Positions 9,956 to 17,183 of a DNA stretch of 64,000 nt are shown one piece after another (position 1 is the first letter of the stretch; every line of letters begins with the position of its first letter). The position numbers and the translations under genes were made by a program. This DNA is from an uncultured Candidatus Binatia bacterium (GTDB taxonomy: Bacteria; Desulfobacterota; Binatia; UBA9968; JAJDTQ01). The notes beneath the pieces are model-generated. The model did not search any database. It had not been told where the DNA came from and worked only from the letters and a program-made list of their open reading frames with translations. Location: positions 256,001-320,000 of the forward strand of contig OZ251459.1 of assembly GCA_965242525.1 (NCBI GenBank). Reading direction: 5' to 3'.

Positions 9956-10025
9956 TTTTTTGAATACATATAAACCATTGAAATCCTTAAGGTTTCTCTT
10001 ACATCGGAGCGCCCACCTTTGTCAA
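9956..10025 (-). promoter_or_regulatory. Sigma70 promoter and AT-rich operator candidate of the ABC operon
   Basis: Minus strand TTGACA (10025-10020), 18 nt, TAAGAG, followed by an AAACC-N14-GGTTT inverted repeat in an AT-rich tract. Confidence 0.5.
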
Positions 10026-10198
10026 GCGGAAAATCCACCCCGGGGCGCCGTCTCCGGGGTCACCCCGGGGGTCCGTCTTCGAAGTCAGGGTCCGGGGCGT
10101 CTGTCGATGGCGTCCGTCAGGGGTCAGGCCCTGGAAGCCGTAGGAAGCCCGTGGGGACGCGGAAGAGACTGGCCAGTGAAGGAAGGGAGAGAGAAGAC

Positions 10199-10233
10199 GC
10201 CGCCCACGGCTTTCCTGGGCGTCCGTGGGCGGC
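10199..10233 (-). terminator. Hairpin downstream of the lipoprotein gene
   Basis: 11-bp stem GCCGCCCACGG/CCGTGGGCGGC followed on the minus strand by a pyrimidine-rich tail. Confidence 0.45.
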
Positions 10234-10245
10234 CTTTCGCGGGTG

Positions 10246-11271
10246 TCATCGGCAGTAATAGCGCTTCCGACCGTCGGTTGAGCAGTGGGAAAGCTCCGGC
10301 GCCGGTGTCCGGGAAGAGTCCGAGTATGACACCCCCCATGCTCCCGACCCCACCGTTCCACGCTCCACCAATCCACTATCCACCGCTCTACTCGGGGAAT
10401 CCGCTCTAATCGGGTAATCCCGTCCGGCGAGCGTCCAGAAGTATCCACCGGCCGTGGAACCGCTAGTAAGGCCGGTCATATTAGGCTCGGTTACACGATC
10501 GCTGAACTCATAACCATATTCATCGCCTTTGACTCTCATGGTGTCGAACTGCCACAGCTCATTTTCGTCGCGCTCTATGTTGGTGGAATACAGCCTCAGG
10601 CCTTCCCACGTGTAGTTGAACTCACCCGGGATATTGATCGTTACGTCAATATCACCGCCGTCATAGTACATAGAGGCCGTTCCCGTGTACAGAAAGTCCG
10701 TTCCCTTGTAGTTTAGAAATGCTTTGCCCTCATAAGTGCCTATGAACGACAGGGGCTCAGTACGAAACTCATAAGCAAAAGGTGACCTGGTGAACCGAAA
10801 AAGCGGGCTGTCCGGGTCCAACCAAACCAGCGAGCTGCCGGGACCTTCCCACAAGTCCAGACCCCCCTCCGAGGGAAGCGACAGGGTTCCCTCCGGGGTT
10901 GGGAGGTCTCCTACGACCGGAATAGGTGTTGACGTTCCCGGTGCTGGCGTTCCCGGCGGGTCAGTAACGGTTCCCGTTGGGCCAGTAACGGAGATAGTAA
11001 CCCTGCCGCCCGTAACGGTGGCAATCCCGCTGTCGGAGACCTCGATAGTGCAGTCTGCCCCTGTGCACGTAGCGACGACCCGAACTCCCCCACTGTTGTA
11101 AATCGTCCGGCTCCGGCCAACAGGGATCGTACCGGATTCCAGACTATGACCCTCCGGGAGTCCCGCCAGGACAGTCGGTGTTGACGTCATGGAAGCGGTC
11201 TTGCCACTGCCTCCGCACCCTGCCAGCATCAACGCGCCTGCTACTGCCAACGCCAAGATCGTCCACTTCAT
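10246..11271 (-). CDS. Uncharacterised lipoprotein on a low-GC islet
   Basis: Lipoprotein signal MKWTILALAVAGALMLAG-C; Thr/Pro/Gly linker; beta-rich C-terminal half; many A/T-ending codons unlike neighbouring genes. Confidence 0.8.
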   Translation of the reverse strand: MKWTILALAVAGALMLAGCGGSGKTASMTSTPTVLAGLPEGHSLESGTIPVGRSRTIYNSGGVRVVATCTGADCTIEVSDSGIATVTGGRVTISVTGPTGTVTDPPGTPAPGTSTPIPVVGDLPTPEGTLSLPSEGGLDLWEGPGSSLVWLDPDSPLFRFTRSPFAYEFRTEPLSFIGTYEGKAFLNYKGTDFLYTGTASMYYDGGDIDVTINIPGEFNYTWEGLRLYSTNIERDENELWQFDTMRVKGDEYGYEFSDRVTEPNMTGLTSGSTAGGYFWTLAGRDYPIRADSPSRAVDSGLVERGTVGSGAWGVSYSDSSRTPAPELSHCSTDGRKRYYCR

Positions 11272-11386
11272 TGAAACACCCCCCTTTCATGGCGGCGGCG
11301 TGCAGCAAAGGAGATAACGGGGATACTGCATGCCCCGGTAGTGGAGGACCGCACGCCGCCCACTACGACATCAAGGCTCCAACCCG

Positions 11387-11415
11387 ACCCTACGACCTTC
11401 CGCCGGTCCTGTCAA
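11387..11415 (-). promoter_or_regulatory. Putative sigma70 promoter of the lipoprotein gene
   Basis: Minus strand TTGACA, 17 nt, TAGGGT. Confidence 0.5.
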
Positions 11416-11657
11416 CCTTCCTCCGAAGCCAAGTAGAGCGGCCATCCTGGGCGGCGCCGCGGCCAGCCCGTCAAGCCAACCGTCTTTTTTGCATCCGTGT
11501 CGATGGAGATCCGGATCCGGCGCGGCGCCCCTCCGTTTCGACCGCGGCTCCCCGGCGGGCCGGGACCGGGGCGAGCCTTGAACTGCCCTCCCGGTTGCGA
11601 TACATCCCAAGGGGTCGAGTCCATGGGAGGGTTCGGCGCACCAAGCGGAGGTGAAAC

Positions 11658-12809
11658 ATGTACCTGATCGATGCGGACGGACACGTGGAGGAAAGCGAAG
11701 CCACGTTCAGCGACGAATACATGGACCCGGCGTTCCGGTTGCAGCGGCCGCAAGTGGTGGCGGTGGAACGGATGGTCTATTGGATGATCGAGGAGCAACT
11801 GTATCCGCGCCGGGTGGGACGCGGGGCCCACAACCTCGGCACCCCGGCCAGCTACCGGGGGGAGAAGACGCCGCACGCCCGGAAGAAGTCCGACACCATC
11901 GGCAGCATGGAGGTCCGCGGGGTCACCGAGCGCATCGAGGCCATGGACAGGGAGGGCATCTCGCTCCAGGTCCTCTACCCGACCCTGTTCCTCGCCTATC
12001 CGCTGGCGGCGAACCCGGCCCTGGTGACCGCCATGAGCTCCGCCTACAACCGTTTCCTCGGCGACCAGGTGGGCGCGCACGAGCGGCTCAAGTGGGCCGC
12101 GGTGGTGAACCTCGACGACGCGGCCGGGGCGGTCGAGCAGGTCCGCGAAGCCCACGGCCTCGGGGCCGTGGCGGTCATGGTGCTGGGCACCATCGGGGAC
12201 CGGATGCTCGACGACCCGGCGTTCCTGCCGTTCTACGAGGCGTTGGTGGAAAGGGACATGACGCTAGCCATCCACGTGGGTTGGGCGTGTCCGGCCCTGA
12301 GCGGCCTCTTCACCCACATCTATCCGTCGTCCGTGAACGCCTTCCTCATGCCGGTGCTGCTGGGCTTCTCGGCCATGATCCACAGCGGCCTCCTGGACCG
12401 GTTCCCCACCATGCGGGTGGGGTTCCTGGAAGCCGGCTGCCAGTGGGTCCACTTCATGATGGACCGCATGGACCACCGCTTCGTCCACTCGGGGAACTTC
12501 CTTGCGGACATCCTCGTGGACACGGTCCCCAAGGCCAAGCTGGCGCCCATGGAGTACATGCGGCAGGGGAACCTCTACCTGAGCGCGGAGGTGGAAGACG
12601 CGCTGTTGCCCCAGGTGGTGGAGCTGGTGGGGGAGGGGCAGGTGGTGTACGGCTCCGACATGCCCCACGGCGACCGCGAGGTGCTCTCCAGCGACTACCT
12701 GAAGCAGCGCGAGGACTTGAGCGAGACCGTCAAGACCAAGATCCTGCAGGACAACGGCGCCCGGCTCTACAACCTGGACGTGGGCGACGCCCTGCGGAAG
12801 GTTTCCTAG
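11658..12809 (+). CDS. Amidohydrolase_2 family protein
   Basis: Motifs IDADGHVEE, QVLYPT, LLDRFPTMRVGFLEAG and YGSDMPHGD; RBS GGAGGTG. Confidence 0.9.
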   Translation: MYLIDADGHVEESEATFSDEYMDPAFRLQRPQVVAVERMVYWMIEEQLYPRRVGRGAHNLGTPASYRGEKTPHARKKSDTIGSMEVRGVTERIEAMDREGISLQVLYPTLFLAYPLAANPALVTAMSSAYNRFLGDQVGAHERLKWAAVVNLDDAAGAVEQVREAHGLGAVAVMVLGTIGDRMLDDPAFLPFYEALVERDMTLAIHVGWACPALSGLFTHIYPSSVNAFLMPVLLGFSAMIHSGLLDRFPTMRVGFLEAGCQWVHFMMDRMDHRFVHSGNFLADILVDTVPKAKLAPMEYMRQGNLYLSAEVEDALLPQVVELVGEGQVVYGSDMPHGDREVLSSDYLKQREDLSETVKTKILQDNGARLYNLDVGDALRKVS

Positions 12810-12907
12810 GGAACGTCGGATCGATCCCGGATCGAGGCGCCCCGCATGTCCTTCGACTTCGCTTCGCTACGCTCGGGACGAACGGGGGCGATCGTTCAGG
12901 GTTTCCC
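12807..12907 (-). repeat. Composite REP/MITE-like element (family A, long copy)
   Basis: Core 12848-12894 GTCCTTCGACTTCGCTTCGCTACGCTCGGGACGAACGG; imperfect terminal inverted repeats TAGGGAACGTCGGATCGATC / GATCGTTCAGGGTTTCCC. Confidence 0.8.
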
Positions 12908-13163
12908 GGGAACCGTCGGGCCGGCCGAGGACGATCTCCCGGGAGCGGACGGTCACGAGGCGGTCGAGCCGGCGCAGCATGACCTGCGCCGCTTCGGCCG
13001 AGATGGCCTGCCCGAAGATGTGGTAACGTTCTCCGTCCACCCGCTGGTCGTTGGCCCAGAGGGCGAACTCGCGGGGGGTAGGGTGATGGCCGAGCTCTCT
13101 GGCGCAACGCCGCACCACGAAGCCGAGCATGACCTTGCGGCCCCTGTCCACGCTGGACGACAT
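12867..13163 (-). CDS. Small hypothetical protein; C-terminus and stop codon lie inside the repeat element
   Basis: Protein-like composition (GFVVRRCARELGHHPTPREFALWAN...FGQAIS); fills the gap between two plus-strand genes. Confidence 0.55.
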   Translation of the reverse strand: MSSSVDRGRKVMLGFVVRRCARELGHHPTPREFALWANDQRVDGERYHIFGQAISAEAAQVMLRRLDRLVTVRSREIVLGRPDGSRETLNDRPRSSRA

Positions 13164-13318
13164 ACCGGGGATTCATAGGCAATCCCGGCAACGGTTTCAA
13201 CCCGGAGCGCTTCGGCGGCCCCCGCCCGCGGCGGTCGGCCGGTGGGCGCGGTTTCCGGTTCCCGCTTCCGACAGCCATGCGGGAGCGGGTTCGACCCGCG
13301 GCCCGAGGAGGTTCCCCT

Positions 13319-14296
13319 TTGGCGACTCGAAGACGTTCGAAACTGACCATGGAGCGCATCCGGGAGGCGGCCGAGCGGCTTCGCAACTGGGGCCGGTGGG
13401 GCAAGGACGACGAGGTGGGGACGCTCAACTACACCACGCCCGAGGACATCGTGGCGGCCGCCCGGCTGGTGCAAAGGGGACGGGTGTTCTCCCTGGCCCT
13501 GGACTTCGACGCCGCGGGGCCGCAGACCGGCAAGAGCAACTACCCGGCCATGGGGCGCTTCAACCCCATACACCTGATGCTCCGCACCGGCACCGACGCG
13601 TGGTCGGGGGTGCTCGACCACCGGGGCATCCGGGGCGCGGACGACGTGATCATCATGCCGCTCCAGAGCGGCACCCAGTGGGACGGGTTGGCGCACATCT
13701 TCTACGAAGACCGCATGTACAACGGCTACGACTGCCGACTGGTCACTTCGGGAGGCGCCGCCCGGAACGGCATCGAGAAGACCCGGGACAAGATGGTGGG
13801 TAGGGGGGTGCTGCTGGACGTGGCCGCGGCCAAGGGCAGCGAATGGCTGGAGGACGGCTACGCCATCACCAACGCGGACCTGGACCGCGCCATGAAGGCC
13901 CACGGGGTGGAAGTGCGGCGGGGCGATTACCTGCTGGTGCGCACGGGGCAGATGAAGGCCAAGCTGGCGGCCGGATCCTGGGACGGTTATCCGGGCGGGG
14001 ACGCTCCGGGCCTCGGTTTCGAGACCCTCGACTGGCTCCACGAGAAGGAAGTGGCCGCAGTGGCCACGGACACCTGGGGCGTGGAGGTCCGGCCCAACCG
14101 GACCCGGGAGGCCAACCAGCCGTGGCACTGGGTCAGCATCCCCAACATGGGCCTCACGGTGGGAGAGATCTTCCACCTGGAAGAGTTGGCCGAGGACTGC
14201 GCCGAGGACGGGCGCTACGAGTTCCTGTTCGTGGCCCCCGCGCTCCCGGTCACTGGCGCGGTGGGCTCCCCCACGAACCCGCTGGCCATCAAGTGA
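13319..14296 (+). CDS. Cyclase family (KynB-like) metal-dependent hydrolase
   Basis: Motifs NWGRWGKDDEVGTLN, TQWDGLAH, GRGVLLD and GAVGSPTNPLAIK; TTG start after GAGGAGG (alternative ATG at 13349). Confidence 0.92.
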   Translation: MATRRRSKLTMERIREAAERLRNWGRWGKDDEVGTLNYTTPEDIVAAARLVQRGRVFSLALDFDAAGPQTGKSNYPAMGRFNPIHLMLRTGTDAWSGVLDHRGIRGADDVIIMPLQSGTQWDGLAHIFYEDRMYNGYDCRLVTSGGAARNGIEKTRDKMVGRGVLLDVAAAKGSEWLEDGYAITNADLDRAMKAHGVEVRRGDYLLVRTGQMKAKLAAGSWDGYPGGDAPGLGFETLDWLHEKEVAAVATDTWGVEVRPNRTREANQPWHWVSIPNMGLTVGEIFHLEELAEDCAEDGRYEFLFVAPALPVTGAVGSPTNPLAIK

Positions 14297-14353
14297 AATC
14301 GAGGCAGTGAACGCGAGGCGGCGGGACGGGCCGCCGGACTGGAGGAAGGGAAG

Positions 14354-15169
14354 ATGCCGCCGCAACTCGGCTCCGTATGGCTTCAGGAACTTACCTGGGA
14401 GGACGTCGCCGCCTACCTCGCCGACTCCGACCTGATCATCTGCCCGGTGGGCAGCACCGAAGAGCACGGACCCGCGGGTCCCCTGGGGCTGGACTGCCTC
14501 ATCGCCATCGCCCTGGCCGAGGACGTGGCCCGGGCCACCGGGGCGTTGTGCGCCCCGCCCCTGTGGTTCGGCGACTCGCCGCACCACCTGGGGTTCCCGG
14601 GCACCATATCGCTCCGCACCGAGACCCTGATGGCGGTGATCCAGGACATGAGCCGGAGCCTGGCCAAGCACGGGTTCCGGAAGATCCTCATCATCAACGG
14701 GCACAAGGGCGCGAACCTGCCCGGCCTGCTGGCGGCCACCAAGAACCTGCGCGAGTTCGAGATGCCCGAGGTCTTCTTCGCGGTCATCGACCCGGTGAAG
14801 ATCGCCAAGAAGATCGCCAACGAGATCAAGGAAGCGAAAGAGCACCACAGCGGCGAGCTGGAGATCTCGGAATGCTGGTACAAGTACCCCGGCCTGGTGA
14901 AGCAGGAGAAGCTCACCACGTCGCAGGTGGACTTCGAGGAGAACTTCTCCCCGTGGTCCCACGGCGACCTCTTCTCGGCGCCGCACGAGGTCATCGACAT
15001 CCCCTGGACCAGCGCGGAGCAACGCCGGATCGTGCCCACGGGATCCTTCAGCCCCTCCATCAAGGCGTCGCCCGAAAAGGGCAAGGCATACCACGACTAC
15101 ATGGTGGACCAGATCGTGCGGTTCATCGGCTGGCTGCGGGAATACGAGGGTCCCGTGGCCCGGGTCTGA
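14354..15169 (+). CDS. Creatininase family protein
   Basis: Motifs PVGSTEEHG, GDSPHHLGFPGT, INGHKGAN and HSGELE. Confidence 0.92.
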   Translation: MPPQLGSVWLQELTWEDVAAYLADSDLIICPVGSTEEHGPAGPLGLDCLIAIALAEDVARATGALCAPPLWFGDSPHHLGFPGTISLRTETLMAVIQDMSRSLAKHGFRKILIINGHKGANLPGLLAATKNLREFEMPEVFFAVIDPVKIAKKIANEIKEAKEHHSGELEISECWYKYPGLVKQEKLTTSQVDFEENFSPWSHGDLFSAPHEVIDIPWTSAEQRRIVPTGSFSPSIKASPEKGKAYHDYMVDQIVRFIGWLREYEGPVARV

Positions 15170-15174
15170 GACCG

Positions 15175-16377
15175 GTGGACGTGGAAGCGGAACGGAGTCC
15201 GGCGGCGGACGCCGCGCTGCCCGGGCAGGCGCGCCGCATACGCGCCCGGGGCCGGGACATCTACCTCGTGGGGACCGCGCACGTCTCCCCGGAGAGCGTC
15301 GAGGACGTGCGCAGGACCATCGAGCTGGTGGAGCCGGACACCGTGTGCGTCGAGCTCTGCCGCGCCCGGTACGAGGCCTTCACCCGGCCCGACGTCTGGC
15401 GGAGGATGAACGTCTTCAGGGTGGTCCGGGAGGGCAAGGCGGTCTTCCTGCTGAGCCAGTTGCTCATGTCGTCGTTCTACAAGCGCATGGGCGACCGGCT
15501 CGGGGTCCGGCCCGGGGCCGAGATGCTGGAGGCGGTCCGCCTCGCCCGGGAGCGGGACGCGGGGCTGGTGCTGGCCGACCGGGACGTCCAGGTGACCCTG
15601 AAGCGGACCTGGATGGGGCTGGGCTTCTGGAGCCGGCTCAAGATGTTCTGGCTGCTCCTCTCCAGCGTGCTGGAGGAGCCGGAGATCCACAAGGAGGAGG
15701 TGGACGACCTCAAGCGGCAGGACCAGTTGGAGAGCGTCCTGACCGCCTTCTCCCACGCGTTCCCGTCCGTGAAGCAGAGCCTCATCGACGAGCGGGACGT
15801 ATATCTGGCGCAGAAGATCCGGGAGGCGGAGGGAGCCAGGGTCGTGGCGGTGGTGGGGGCGGGGCACGTGCCGGGAATCGCGCGCGAGATCCACCGGGAC
15901 CACGCGCTGGCCCCCCTGGAGGAGGTCCCCGAGCGCTCGTTCTGGTCCCGGAGCGTCAAGTGGCTGGCGCCGGCCGTCGTCATGGCGATCATCGGGTACG
16001 GCTTCTACCGTTCCGGCGCCGCCCACTCCCTGGAGTCCGTCTCCATCTGGGTGCTGGTCAACGGCGTGCTCGCGGCCGCGGGGGCGGCCCTGGCCCTGGG
16101 TCACCCGGTCACGGTCCTCGCCGCTTTCCTGGCCGCGCCCGTCACCAGCCTCAACCCCACCATCGCCGCGGGATGGGTCTCGGGGCTGGTCCAGGCATGG
16201 GTCAAGAAGCCCACGGTGGCGGACCTGGAGGCCATGTCCGAGGTGGTGACCCGCTTCCCCGGCGGACTGTGGCGCAACCCGGTCTCGCGCATCCTGCTGG
16301 TGGTGGTGTTCTCGAACCTGGGGAGCACCCTGGGGACTTTCGTGGGCGGCGGCTGGATCGCGGCGCGATCCTTCTAG
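15175..16377 (+). CDS. TraB/GumN (pheromone shutdown-like) family membrane protein
   Basis: Motifs LVGTAHVS, VCVELC, PGAEM, LADRD, LIDERD and VVGAGH; C-terminal TM helices with NLGS. Confidence 0.9.
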   Translation: MDVEAERSPAADAALPGQARRIRARGRDIYLVGTAHVSPESVEDVRRTIELVEPDTVCVELCRARYEAFTRPDVWRRMNVFRVVREGKAVFLLSQLLMSSFYKRMGDRLGVRPGAEMLEAVRLARERDAGLVLADRDVQVTLKRTWMGLGFWSRLKMFWLLLSSVLEEPEIHKEEVDDLKRQDQLESVLTAFSHAFPSVKQSLIDERDVYLAQKIREAEGARVVAVVGAGHVPGIAREIHRDHALAPLEEVPERSFWSRSVKWLAPAVVMAIIGYGFYRSGAAHSLESVSIWVLVNGVLAAAGAALALGHPVTVLAAFLAAPVTSLNPTIAAGWVSGLVQAWVKKPTVADLEAMSEVVTRFPGGLWRNPVSRILLVVVFSNLGSTLGTFVGGGWIAARSF

Positions 16378-16448
16378 CCGCGTGCGGCGCGCGGCGTCGG
16401 TTCGAGCAGCGGGAGGTTCGACCACCGCTCCCGCAACAGGAGGAGACC

Positions 16449-17183
16449 ATGACGGCTCCGGCCCGGGTCAAGATCGGCTTCGTCACCCCCATATCAAGTT
16501 CGAGCCCCCACTTCGAGCCCTTCCGGGCCCTCGTTCCCCCGGAGGTGGAGATGGAGTTCGACGGGCTGGGGATCGTCCGCGGCTCCCTGGAGAGCCTCCG
16601 GGGCGTCGGCGACCGGGTGGTGGAGACGTCCGCCCGGCTCGCCCGGGAGCGCGGGTGGCAGGGCGTCATCGTGAGCGGCGCTCCGGTGGAGGTGTTCAAC
16701 CCGGGACTGCTGGCGCAGCTAAAGGAGGCGGTGGACGCGCCCGTGACCACGGCCCTGGAATCCTGCGTCGAGGCCATCAAGGCCCTCTCCGCCACCCGGG
16801 TGCTGCTGATGACCCCGTTCGTGGAGTCCCTGAACGGGCTGATCCGCGATTACCTCGCCGCCTGCGGCGTCCACGCGGTCTCGCCCGCGGACACGTTCGA
16901 CGACTATCGTGACGCGGTGGGGGTCCCACCCGAGGACGTCCGCGCGCTGACCGCAAAGGCGTTCGAGGCGAACCCGGAGGTGGAGGCCATCTACTTCCAG
17001 GGGGCGGTGCTGGATCCTCTGGCGGTGCTGGACCGCCTCGAGAGCGACCTGGCGAGGCCGGTGGTGGCCAGCAACCCCGCGATGCTCTGGTTCATGCTGT
17101 CGAAAGTGGGCTTTCGGTGCAGCATCCCCGGTTACGGAAAGCTGCTGCGGGACTGGCCCGCCTACGCCCAGAACCTTGCGTAG
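16449..17183 (+). CDS. Asp/Glu racemase / maleate isomerase / arylmalonate decarboxylase superfamily protein lacking catalytic cysteines
   Basis: Motifs PVTTA, LMTPF, PVVASN and GYGKLL; RBS GGAGGAG. Confidence 0.82.
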   Translation: MTAPARVKIGFVTPISSSSPHFEPFRALVPPEVEMEFDGLGIVRGSLESLRGVGDRVVETSARLARERGWQGVIVSGAPVEVFNPGLLAQLKEAVDAPVTTALESCVEAIKALSATRVLLMTPFVESLNGLIRDYLAACGVHAVSPADTFDDYRDAVGVPPEDVRALTAKAFEANPEVEAIYFQGAVLDPLAVLDRLESDLARPVVASNPAMLWFMLSKVGFRCSIPGYGKLLRDWPAYAQNLA

